A stretch of DNA of 64,000 nt, taken from assembly GCF_036321535.1 (NCBI RefSeq), contig NC_087437.1:95606001-95670000 (forward strand), written 5' to 3'. Numbering within the stretch: the stretch's first letter is position 1; every line of letters begins with the position of its first letter. A program made the position numbers and the translations under genes. Positions 23,001 through 36,200 of this stretch are shown here, piece by piece. The notes beneath the pieces are model-generated. The model was not told where the DNA came from. It saw only the letters and a list, made by a program, of their open reading frames with translations, and searched no databases. Source of the stretch: Camelus dromedarius (Eukaryota).

Positions 23001-26000
23001 CAAGGTTGTGTGACGGCACTAAAAAGCAACAAAAACCTCTCTCTATATATCATAACATTATTTTCCTTTTCTACGGAAACATCAAAGATTTTCATGGCTT
23101 AATATAGCTCTTGAAATCCTTTTGCAAATGTTTCCATATTTGGTATTAATTAATGAAAAACTCTCCTGATATTCCTAGAAAAGCTTATCAAATTTCATTA
23201 GTACCTTAAAATCCTTTTGTATTTCTGTACTCTTTTCAGTCACTTATGCCAGGGTTCTCAGGACAAAGGAATTTCTTCTATTTAAGCTGGAAATTAATAG
23301 AAAGATGAACATGACAGTGTACCACAACCAGCCAATAGTAAGCAAAGAGCAGAGTAGGTAAAATATTTCTATGAATAAAATCAGCAAAACTAGAATTAAA
23401 GTCAAAGACATGTACTTCTGAGTATTTTGTTGTTTTGATTTTGTTGCTGTTGTTGTGACAAATCTGAACTTGTAAAATTGATCCAGCAGGTAAATTCCTA
23501 AATAAAGCAATGGCTGACTTAAGTTTTCAAAAGTATTATTCATCCATTTTAACTCAATTTGATTTTGCAGCATCTGGGAACTAGTTAGGGTGAGCAGTTA
23601 TCCTTCTTAGGTACTTTTGCTTTTTTTTTTTTTTTTTTTTTTTCTTATTTGTTACTTTTCTTTAAGAAACCAGTTGGATACTATGGGTATATTTGTTTTA
23701 TTATTAAGATATTTCTGAGCTACTTTAAGAAAGGTGAGGCACGTAGAAAGATAAACTGAAATTTCCCCGAATCCCTTACTAACAAACCCATTGAAGTCTG
23801 CAAGGGCATTCTCAACACTCTCAATTAAATTTTTTTAAAATCTATTTTAGAAACATGTAAAAGGGTAATAACTATCAGGAAGTTTATATTAGTATTCAAT
23901 GATTATTTGAAGTAAATATTTTTTTAAAATAAACATTAGCCTTTAACCCATTCATGCACCCTTTAAAATGGTAGATTAAGATCTACTAATACTGAAGTTT
24001 TAGGTACTGTGACGGTTTGTGTCACAAGAGTATTCACACAATGTTATTATCAGGAAGAGTTCATTCTATGGAATAAAGTATAAACATTAGTACGAAATGA
24101 GACAAGGCATTTCAGTGTTCCAGATTTATTCTAAATCCCATGAAAAAGAGAAGGTTTAAATAACCTTAACATAGGAGGAGTGATGGTTGTCACCTGCAGG
24201 CATCAGTTTTGACTGTGACTTTTGGTGGTCTCCTTGCTGTTCAGGTAACATGGACCACTTTTGATCACCAGGATCTTCTCCTTTTCTGAGTGTTTAGAAA
24301 TTTAGACTCTGGCTCCTATTTTTACAAGACTTTGATTGTGTACATGTCCTCTAAGAAGGCATTTGGGTGATAGTGGGATAATGGATTTTAAAAATATAAT
24401 TTTACTTAGCTGAGAAACTCCACCAACCTTTTGTACCAAAATCATATACTGTATGTAGAACCAAAATAAATAAAGTTTCTTCAGATATTTTAAAGTTAAA
24501 AAAAAGAGGCCCAATTGGCTTATTACATTTGCTTAAGCATGTATGTAATTACTTGAACTCATATAAAAACCTTTACACTCAAAGCGACGTCATCCGCCAT
24601 TTAAATTCTGAAGTTGCTACATGTCATCCTTCCAGGCCTCCTTTCATTTCTATGCTGTATTCTACCTTGCGTAGTGGTGCCACTGGAGAATTAGTTTCCA
24701 TTTTCTCATCTTTTAGGAGGGATCACCATATCTAAAACATAAACTTGCTCTGAGGATTAAATTAGCCAATGCATATAAAATACTTGGTGTTATGCCTGGC
24801 ATATAGTAGAATACAATAAATGATAGATTTTATCCTCTGTTCTCTTACTTCATTTTAAGGCATAATCATACCATTTTTTTGTATTAAGAATGTATGAGGG
24901 AGACACTTTCTTTTTGCAGTCTAAGAATTACATTCTTTACCCATAAGAATAAAAACATTGTGATGACATAGAGATGTATAATAGCCTTTAAATAGGGGTG
25001 AATATTTCAGGAAGGTTTGGGGAAGCAGGGCATTAATAAATAGGAGTGAATATTTCAATAGGGCTTGAGGAAGGAAGATGGTAACTTCTGGGGATATGAT
25101 CATTTATTTACATTAAAAAAAAACAGCAGCATAAATAGCAGCTGTCATTCAGAATTAGGCTAACATTGTTCTTGTGTTGTCTGTTCAGAATGTGCACTAC
25201 AGTAGCACAGCTTGTGTTATTGTTGCATTTTCTATAGAAAGATTTTTTCAAGGGTAGCATTTCAATAATATTTTAAAACTAGATTCTTGTTTCTTATAAA
25301 ATTGAATTTTACATTCCTGCAGAGATAGTAATATTGGGAAAACTGAAAATCAAATCCAAATTCTGGGAAATCGGTTCTATCAGTACCAGGAATAAGATAT
25401 CTTGATTTAATGTCAGATCAGCTATTACACAAGGCAAATCAGGGATTGTGTTTTTATCTATAATGATATCAAGGTGGCTAATCATCATTATTAAATTGAG
25501 GGCAGATGAGTCATGTGTGTGAAATGAACATGTGGACTCATTCCAATTCCTCTGAGAAAGACCCTATAATTGGCATCAATTAGTCCTCTTGTTGGCAGTT
25601 TTAGTAAACCATCTGAAATTTAATAAACAAAGACCGAAATGCATTCTCAATGAACGACAGTCATCTTGGACATTGATGAGAGCTGATTAGCAAATTGGCA
25701 GTTGGTATTCACCCTCCCTCTTCAAATATTGACTCAGTTGACTTAATGCTTTTTTCCTCCTTTATCAGCATAAGACTTCATTTTTAGTGCCTTCAAAAAT
25801 AAATTAAGTTCTCCTAAATAAATATTTATGTGATAGTTTTACTTTGACCCTTTGCATATACACTGATACAAATGCATGTGCTACAGAAAACAGGGAACCC
25901 CCAAGGTACCACTTGCTGCATTGATGTTAAGTATGTTAAACAAAACTGTGACCTTAAAGAGTTGATGCATTATCTCAAATGCTTAATTTAGTCATGGGGA

Positions 26001-28329
26001 GTAGGACTATTCACTGAGAGATTCCGAGCAGCAGTTTAAAATTGTCATTTTAAACTTCCAATTTCATAAAATAGGAGACTGATTTTTCCCAATTCATCTG
26101 TGAGGTGATATGCAGATGAATCCTAGGAGAAATCAGATTAAGAAAACACAGCAAATTATTATTTTGTTTTAAAAATTAATAAATTTTTTTAACCTCACAA
26201 CCACCAAGTGTATGTTTTCAGACTTGACTAAGGTTCTTGAATTTAGCACTAAGGATAACATTTGTGCATTTTATCAGGTTTAAAAAAAGCATAATATGGG
26301 AGTGAGTCTAGAGTAGTAAGAAACTCATTTGTCATATTTTGTCAGTTTATAATGTTGATTAGGTAATTTTTAAATCTCCCTTTCTTCGCCATTAACTACT
26401 TTTTAATAAATGTTTTCATTTATGGTTTTGTATATGTTTTGTTTGAAAAATTGTTACTCTCTTCCTTTCTCTAGGAAGTACAAATGCCAATATCAAATCT
26501 GTTGAAATTCACATTTAATATTCACTTTTAAAATACCTGCTGAAAAATGTAATTAACATTGAAAGATTATAGTGTAATGTGAACTAGTTTGGGATTCATT
26601 TATTTCACATGTTTCTCATGAGGAATACTGCTGTTCGTTAGTGGGAAACATTTATTGAAGGCTTTATTAGACATAGTATTTAGATACTTGTGTTTATACT
26701 AACCATATTCCAGGAAATTCTTCAGTTTATTCACTAGTCATTTCAATGAGACCCAAGGTACAGAACACGTGAGCTTAGGCTGAGTTGAGGAGTTACCTAC
26801 GTTAAGTGAAGATGAGCCACGTAAATACTCATTTGCATTTTTGATGTATAATCTAGTGACTACAAAAAAAAAAAAGGGGAGCTATCAGAAAGTAGTATAA
26901 AATACATAAAATATAATTTCAATAAGGTGCTGATATCCCAACTAAGTTAAAATGTTCTAGAGTGATTTAAATCTTCATGAAGCTTGTAACTTAGAGCAGT
27001 AACCTAGATATCACTTGAAGACATCTTGTCCTGTGACACTTGAATAAATGGGCTGAGCTCACTACGCCAGTACTGTGGGAAGGCCATCCCCAAACATATG
27101 TGATTTCTAGAGGTCTATAGTCACAAGTCCTCCTCTGACTCTAGGTTTCAACTTCTAGTTCACTCCATGTTACTTCCGTCTCGCCCTTCAGGCTGTCTCA
27201 CTTTCTTGCTCTGCGTGAATGCAAATGTGATCATCCTTGCTTTGATTCTGCCCAAGTACTTGGCCTCATCCTTAAGTCTCCCAAACCTCTTCTCTGGGAT
27301 CCACCCCCAACTGTGCAAAGCGTTTTAGCTCTCTGGCCATGTAGAGCTGTAGAATCACTATTTTGTTCTGCTAAACTAAGAGGTCTGGTCCCGGGTTGTT
27401 GTTTCTCAGAGAAAAAATAAAAATGTTAGTCTTTCCTCTCTTAATTTCTCCACTGGCAACTGGAAACAGTATAGGAGAGAATTATAAGACAGAGTGACCT
27501 TCATCAACTTTGATTTTAAATGGAGTTTTTCTTTTTTTTTCCCCAAGATATCACATTGATCTTCAGCAGATTCATTGCTGTAACACAGAGGTCAAATTTC
27601 ATAATAAATGGCAAGTTATCATTTCTGTTGAGGACACAGTATTCTTTCAGACAACAAAATCAATGCTTCCTGTATTGTAGCTTTGGTGAGGAGAAAACAT
27701 ACACACACATACACACACACACGATGACACTTAGTGGATCATAGGATAAACTCTGGGAAAAATAATTCTGACCTTAAAAAAAATATCTGTGTGTTAACTG
27801 TTTCTTAAGAGATTCTTGAGGTAGTTACATTTTCACAGAAGTAAAAGATTCGAAAACCAATGTAGCCCCCATCAAAATACAGTACTATTTGTACGTCCTT
27901 AGGGTCTATCCCTCCAAATCCTCTTTCAAAGCCCCTCCACTTTCTCTTCACAGGGACTCTCCATTGTAGATAATACTTTCCATTACTCCAAGACTCAGGT
28001 AATAATGCTCAAGGTTTTAGGGGAATTTCAGGGGGAAATTCTTAGAATTGAAAAGTTTTTCATAGTCAAATGAGTGAATTGTTAATGGAGGAATTTTGGG
28101 TAGTAAGAAAGGCATTTTTGGTATAGAGCCCACAGACATTTATTTTGAGTCACAAAGGTTACCTAGTAGTCTATGTGTTTGTATTAAATCCAAGTCAATG
28201 TCTTAGCACATATTCCCAAATATATTACTTAGTATCTAATAACATAGGGTAACATATACACATAAACTATGAAATTATTTTATCCAATAATATTTATTAA
28301 AACTTCCATACTGTTTGTCATTGTTTTAA

Positions 28330-28940
28330 TTGTATTTTGCCATCTCTCAGCAATTATTCCCAACATTGCCTGACTCCAAACTACCTCTCCTTTAGCTGAT
28401 GACCTTGCCTTCAGTCCCATAGAGAAAGCTGAGACATAAGCATGCCCTCAATTAAATTCATGCCCATCACCCACCTCATATTGTCTAACAGAACTTTTTC
28501 TCCAGAATCATAGAATGATTCATAGAATCATTCACAGAATGAGTTCCTTTTCTTTCTATTCAAAAAAAATCACTCTATGCACCCGTCTTCATAATTCCAC
28601 GTGCTCTCGATTTTTGCAGAATCTCCCTCGATCTGTCATCTTTTGCTTCTCTAGTAGCCTCAGTCTTTCCTTCTCTGCTATCCTCTTGCCTTTGACCTAT
28701 ATAAATATGCTAAACCTCTACTATTCTGAAAACCAAGACAAACTAAAGGAACAAAACTGTCTTTTGAGTTTACACCCTCAGTTCACTATCTACCTCCTCC
28801 TCTCTCACTGAAAATTTTCAAAGTAATAATCTTCTATCACAGATTTCCTTACCATTAAATGAATCCCATCTGGCTCCTGTTTTGTTTCTGTCTCTTAATC
28901 CTGCTGAAACTGCTCTTTGTGAGATTCCTATTGGATAACT
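28330..28940 (+). mobile_element. L2 remnant
   Basis: Pyrimidine-rich L2-like text (CTTTAGCTGATGACCTTGCCTTC..., CTGCTGAAACTGCTCTTTGTGAG). Confidence 0.55.
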
Positions 28941-28944
28941 TCCT

Positions 28945-30280
28945 GCTGATTTGGCTTGATCTTCAATTTAACAATATCTCAAAGATACTGCTTGTCCATC
29001 AGACAAAACTCATGAAAGGCTTTGGATGCATTTACTTATGATCATAGCCTGGGAAGTACCTGAAACACAGTGAGCCTAGGGTGGCTGCTGGTCCTCCGTT
29101 TCCTGGAGTGTGTCTCACATGGAAGTGGAGAGGCTGTTGCTCCCCCAGGGCTGGCTCCCTGGGTTGTATGTCCATTCCGTAGATGCACAGCTTCCTTACC
29201 TGTAGCTTTCCTTCTCGGAGTTCTTTTCATAATCTGCTCAAGTTGTTTGTTTGTGTTCATACCTTCCTGTTCTTCTCTCTACAAATGATTCTTCCATTCC
29301 TGTAGGATCGTCTCTTCCTGGGGAAGACAAACCTCTTCCCTCTATTTCTGAGTGCCTTCCATCTCCTCCCTGCTGCTTCATCCTCTTCTCTGCTTGCCTT
29401 TGCAGTAGCTCTCCCTCCTCTTGGCTTCCTCAGCTTCTCACTGCCAGGATTCTTCCTCACTGCGACTACTCTTCAGCTGGCTCTGAGCCAATTCCTTTCT
29501 CTTTTGCCTTGTGAGTTCTTTCCTCCTCCTCCTCTCTCTTTCCTTCTTCTTGGCTGCTCTCCTCTAAGCTAGCAGCTTTGTGTCCTCTTTGGGACTGGTG
29601 GTCCTTGTAGAGGGCTTAGTAGAAGCAAGGGCAGTCACACTGGCTGGCCTGGTGGGGGCCAAGGTTGGGGCTGGGGCTATGGCCAGAGCCGCAGGAGTGG
29701 CGTCTAATTTGACAGGTGGCCACTCTTCAACTCTGTGTTCTTTGGCCTTCCCTAATGCTGCTCTGCCCTTTAGAGAGGGCTACTGGCAACTTTCTTTATT
29801 TCTCTCGGTTTTCTTACTCATGCAGCACGCTGCTTCTCTCTTGGCAAGGCAGGTGCCTGGGGATAGGGCCAGGGATGAGGGGGAGCAACATTGGCTGAGC
29901 TCAGAGCCAGGAGAAAGCCAGAAGAAAGTTGGTGTGGGTGTGCCAGGCAAAGTAGGAAAGGACTTGCATGGACGCCAAAGATGAGAGGGAGCTGGTGATC
30001 TAGCTTTGGGATTAGGTTGGGTTAGGTAGAGCCCATCTGATGCCAGTTTTAATACAACATGGAAAGGTACATTCTCTCTCTCTCTCGTTTCCTTTTTCTC
30101 TGGGTCCTCTTAGTCACAGAGCCCTCAGGTCCTGTTACAAAGAATTTAGTCACTTTGTAGGACATGACATGATATTAGTACCACTATGAGATGCTGCATT
30201 TCCAGACAAGACAGCTGTGTGTTTACCTCTGGCCAGGAACCAATGTGTGGGGGTCAGGAGTATATTAACAAAGCCAAAGA
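28945..30280 (-). pseudogene. MAP7: Processed pseudogene of MAP7 (ensconsin), highly degenerate, 5' truncated
   Basis: Collinear, intronless peptides on the minus strand: VNILLTPTHWFLARGKHTAVLSGNAAS, FVTGPEGS, PNPKARSPA, SFPTLPGTP, SLKGRAALGK, EQIMKRT...RNGH...GG...LPC. They match recalled MAP7 VNRLLTPTHSFLARSKSTAALSGEAAS, FVTPPEGS, SNPKARQPA, SLPHLPGTP, SLKGRAPLVK, EEIMKRT...RNGD...GG...LPC. Boundaries are approximate. Confidence 0.88.
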
Positions 30281-33200
30281 GGGGCTGTGTAGGATCATGG
30301 AGTCAGAAGTGACCCAAGGAACAATACCCAACATTAGATAGGAGTTGGCGATTCCCCCCCAATCTCTCCTCTTCGAAAATTAGCCTGTAGTACATTAAAT
30401 GTTCTCATAAGGTTTTTATGAGAACTGACAATAATATGTCTTTTACATGCCTGACACGTAGTAAATGTTACTCATGCATGTTGAGTAAATGCTCAAAAAT
30501 GTTAACATTTATACTTATTAAGAGTTTTCTACTAATTACTGTGAGAAAACGGAAAATCACAAGTAGCATAAAAAAATATAAAAGTTTAAAAATTCCTTAT
30601 GGGAGGTTCCTGGGACCATAATTCTTTGCGCTCAGGTGGTAGCTAGAAGCTTATGGGTTTCTGGCCTGAGCTTTTATTGCTGAAGATGAGATTTCTGAAT
30701 CCACACCCATCACCTTTATGACATCTTTTACTGGAGTCAGAACAATGAATGTGGCTTTGTTTCAAGAGAGCAATTTGGATTTCTGAAACCTTTCATCTCA
30801 GTAGTACCCTATTTATTAAACCTGGGATAAGCTCAGGAGTGAATTACACCCTGTACTAACTTACTTTAACTGACTGCTGTGCTTAAGAAAAAGAAAAGAA
30901 ACAACTTAAAGATATTTAAGATATTTTTAGCAGATTCAATTTTTACTCTTTCCTCACTTTTAAAGTGTGCTGTGTGTGTTTAGACTACTGCTAAGAGATG
31001 CTCTTTGTGTAAACTGAAAGAAGAATGCCTTAGAAGAAGTTTACTCTTAGATTAAGTGTTCCTTCCTTTAGTGACAAGAAACAAACCATCATTCAAAAAA
31101 CCCTCTCTATATTTGGTGCTTTCTGCCAGTTCAATTAAATTCAAAGATATATGTTTAGGTCCTATGAAATGTCATGCACTGAACCAAATGCTATTCCACC
31201 TTTTTATTAAGTATTGCATTAAAGAACTGGTTTGGCTATGAAGAGTAACTTGGCAAGTATTTGCTTTTCTGCCTTGTATGTAGCTTAAAATGTAGTCATA
31301 TTGTTACTGGTAAAATGTAGTACAAATTGAATTCATATGATTTATTTATATTGAAAATAAATGTATCATTTACCCTTTATCTAAAGACATGGGAAGTGGG
31401 CACTTTGTATAAAATAAATAATCCCATATTAAATATTAAACCATCATTTTAACTTTTTTAATGTATCAGGGCTTCTATAGACTGAACACTAAAAATAATA
31501 AAACATCAACAGTAGAAACTCTTGTTATTGAGATAATATTTGGCCTAAGACTTACGAAGTGGAAGGAACTGGCATATTCTATTTTTTTTTTTTCAAAATG
31601 AATGTTATTTATTACTCCAATCGTTAAGGCCTTCCTTTGGGTTAGAGCCATAAATTGTGTAAATAAAACTCCAGGTAGCCCTTACTCTCAAAGATTTTGC
31701 AGTTTCATTTTTCATCTTGTTCCGGGCAGCAGAGCAGATCAGAGTTGAAGCCTAGAAAAGTACAACACACAGACTTGAGCTTCAGAGGAATCAGGCAGAG
31801 CAACAAAAGATAAGTAACTTTCAGAAACGAGATTCACCTAAAAGCTTAGACTCCCCTTAAAGTTTAGTTGTTGATCAGAAACCTGACTACGTTTTAAAAC
31901 TGCGTCTAGTTAGGAGAGAAAGCAGTGGCCATCATATTTTTGCAAACACTTATAACAATGTGTTTTTGATTTTAAACTTGTATATAGTTAGCACATATTT
32001 CATACACCTGCTATTACTAAACTGTGAACTCCAGGCAAAGAGAAAAACTCATCACCAAGTCTTTGGATGCTGACTGTAGTTGTATTGTGAAGATAGATAA
32101 TATCAACTAAAGAAAAACCTAGTGACTTCAGGCAAACTCTGTTTCCACCCTGACTACAAGTTGAATGCTGACTGAGACCTAGAAGATAATTTGCCCAGTT
32201 TTGAAATTCAAGTCCTTGGACTCTTATGGTGGGAAGTAATAACTCTAAATAATCAAGTTGATGCTTTGTTTTCCCAGCAGGACACACACACACAAACACA
32301 CACCAACTAAAAAGTTTCTTGACCAGGGAGTTTAGGGAAATTTTCTGAGTAAACTCTCATCTCTTTTCAGGTTCTAATTAATTAATAGGTTCTTTGGCTA
32401 AGGTTATGAGTGAAAGAGAGTCAGATATGTTTTTTTTAATAAGGTGTGTTATATACTCAAAACTTCACTAGTAATGAAATTTTATTTATCAGTTTATTAT
32501 TCAAGCACATATCTTAAGAGTCTGCAGCACAGTGATTAAAGCACAGACTCTGGGGCCATGATTTTGGGTTCAAATCCCAGCTCTACCAGGTCTAGCTTTG
32601 TGACCTTGAACAAATCTCTTAACCTCTCTGTGCCTTCGCTTTCTCATATCTGAAACGGAGAAGGTAGAGATGCCCATTTCATACTAAAATTAAGTAAATG
32701 AATGATGTCATGAGCACTCTTTGACTGTTAGTTATTATTAGTGACATTTGCCAGGCATTATTTACATCTAGGACAAAGTAGTTAACCCCACAGAGAGCAT
32801 TTTAATAGAGATGCAACAAGCAAGTGTGTGAGTACCAGTAAACTGAAGGTTGTGATGACTGCTCTAAAAAAAAAAAACAGAAATGAGTATATGGTATGTG
32901 TGATGTTGGCAGGGGGCCAGAGGTTTGACTCCAGGCTATTTAGAGTGGCAACAAAAGGCCTCTGTAGAAAGATGATGTTTGAAAGAGACATAAATGGAGA
33001 AATTAAGCTTTAAAAATGCTCAAGTAATGCTATTCTTTTACTCTTTGCCACCTAATCCTTGAACAATATTTTTAAAAAAGATTGATGATTGCTTGATTTC
33101 TTAGTTGATTTATATCACAAATTTAATAAAGTTGTGTAAGTTTCAATCAACTATGTGTAAGTTACATTTGGCAATTCAAGGGAGAGAGATGTGAACTTTG

Positions 33201-36200
33201 TCATCTAATAATAAAGAAGGGAGAGCCAACACGTTCTTGTTATCACAGAGATGTAATGGTTAAGAAAATGTTCAGTGAGATCTGTTTATAGAATCTCTTC
33301 AAAAATTCAAAAGAACCACGCAGACTTACTGATGGGAGTAGAGCGAATTAGGGCTGAAATTGTGATTCTGTTCCCCTATGAGGGACATATGAAACAGTTT
33401 CGTCTAGTAAAGTGTGCTTGTCATGAGGACTTGGATTCTGTAAGTCAATATTCCTATGATTTTGTTTGAGTTGTTGTGAAAATTAAGTAAAATTGAAGTT
33501 GTGAGAGCACTTTTTACAAATTATAATATGTTTCATATTACAGTTAATTTTTTCATTGAAATGAATTCTCACGTGTAAAATGAAGGGTAAACAGGAGCTA
33601 GCAACAGTTTCATTTCGTGCATTATTCTATCTTAAGATGAATTATCATAATGCCCTGCAGGTGGAGAATATGTATAGTTTTTCATAAAATGTAAAATAAA
33701 TATCTCTTTTCTGTTCCTTCTCTTGGCCAGAATAAAGTTACAAATCAAGGGTGAAAAAAAGGCTCCCTGTAATCATTCTCTCTCTTCTCTGAACCATTTT
33801 TGTTTTATTCCTATACTCTAGATAAAGCTGTAACTGTGACAAGATGTATTAGCCACCGCAATCTGAACATAAGGGCAATTCCTAATCAAATTGGCACTAA
33901 TTTCTTTCAGTACAAATTATCATCATTCACAGCAAATTTGCTTTCAGTGAGCTGTGCCAACTTGAGGTATGGTTCTCAGCACTTTTATCTCTGCCCATCA
34001 ATACAACAGATCAAATCATTCTGTAACAGCCAGGTCTTCTTCTCTCATTTTTTACGATGACCAATAAGGTGGAATGTCAATTTTTTCCCACTTATTCCAA
34101 TCTCGTTCCACCTAAAAGAAAGCTACTATAGATAGGGCTCCATTTCTTTATAATATTTCTTGTGGAAATGAATTTACGTAAAGTATGGAAGTTAAAAAAT
34201 ACATTGCAAATATTACAATATTAAGAAGTGTGTTTGATTACTTGTCTATTGAGTACTTATAATATTACCTAGCCTAACACTTTACATCTAAGAAGATGTA
34301 CATGTGAAATATATACTTGTCTATATATATATATATCAGTCAGACTAGAGGTTCATATGTTCCCAACTGTTACACTACTTTATATAACTTGTACAGACTT
34401 CCAGGTGTCATCATAATATTTATATATAGTTCTCTGATTCCTCATCATCTACACTGTTGTAGTTTGCTGAGCCATCTGCTCAGAAGATGCATTTTTATAG
34501 GTTTAGAATAATGCTGTCATCTAAATAGCTCGCCACTTTGCAAATATTGTTAAAATATACCAGAAAGATAGAAACACTAGGCAGTGCTCTAGGAGTCTGC
34601 AATCTTATTCTCATCTGCATTTAATTACCTTTTGTTTTTGCTCAGGTGTAGAGCAGTCTCATGTACATACTTGTAGCCAGGAAATTTTTGTAATTATAGT
34701 TTTATTATTTCAGTTTTGCAGTTTTAAACACAGCAAGATGAAAGACTTCATCTGAAAATAACCGTCTTTACCAGTAAAAAGTGTTAACTGCAACATAAAT
34801 GATGTCAGTAAAAATATTGGAAAATTTCAGGTTTAATTAGGTCTACCACAGGAACAGAACTGTCACAGGCTTGACATTTTAGAAGTTTGAATTCTTGTAT
34901 GAGTTTCTTCTTTAAGAGGATCACATATAAAGAGTGAAAAAATGAATGTGTCGTTTGTTTAAAACATATTGTTTAAGTATGTACCCAAGCTGAAGTGTGA
35001 TACCCATTCACAATATGTTATAGTGACAAAATATTTTCAACCAAGGTTTCCATAAAGATACATATTCATTCCTTAGGGATTGCAGGTTTTTCTTTCCTTT
35101 TCAGATGAGAAACTGAGCCTATCTAGATTAAAAACAGCTCCTTAGACATATTTTGAAGAATTGTGCCTCCTGTATATTACTTACCTAGGTTCAATAATCT
35201 TGAGACTTGGAAATAACCATACTCCAAAGAGTAGAATATATTCTAAGCCCAGAGGAATCACAGAAGCAAGTCCTTAAGACTGCAAAGCAGTAGTCTTCCT
35301 GCCAATAAGAAGATCTTAATTGCTATAATTAAAAATAAGAGTCACTTTTATTAAAAACTGAACCCCCCATTGTGCAGATCATTCTAGTAATGCTCTGCAT
35401 AACACTCAGGAATTTATAATGCCTAAGGATAATACAAAATGTAACTTTCCCTAACTACTTGCAACTATAAATACATGGTTTGCCAGTGACAGTTTCAAAT
35501 CATCAAATTGAGATATTAATTAGGAAATTAAATAATAAAAGTAAATAAGGATAAAGAAAAAGAAATTGAAATATGATTATATAAATATGTATTTTAAAAT
35601 ATCAAATTTAGTTTTCATTCCTAACAACAAAGCAGTTCTGTCAGAAAAACCTTGTATGACTGTCACCCCCACAATTCTAGCATTTAGCAGGAGCCATGCC
35701 AACAATTAAATGAGTAACCAGCAGGATTCCCAAAACAGAGCCAATGAAGTGATGAAGAAAGTCTCATCTGTGACACAGAATCCATGTCTTCATGATGCAA
35801 AAGGGAATAAAATGTTGCATATGGGTCTTGGTGATTTTCCTTAACTCTAAAATGTCTTTGCTATGTTGTATGCATAATGAAGCAGCGTTAGGAAAATGAG
35901 TTGTTGACAAGCCCAAAGGAGTAAGTACAGATGAAGCTGGTAGGCGCCAGTCCTCCCCTTTGGGTTTTTTATTCTAATTCTGATGTGAACCATTGCTTTA
36001 GCTCAAAACATTCAGCCTGTTCCTTTCTGTTCTCTTCCACTGCCCTAAATTATAGATTCTTCTTTATATCTGCTCTGCAAACTAGATTATTCCATTTCCA
36101 GGTGAAGAAGTAGCTCAGTTACCCCCAAAATGACTGGGTGGAATCCTCCTCCATATTTTCATCAGAACAAGCCAGAACAGGTCCTGGTCTCCTTACCATC

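Noticed and set aside
29042..29984. Cluster of 60-134 aa ORFs as a novel gene
   Set aside because: Explained as frame fragments and antisense of the MAP7 processed pseudogene.
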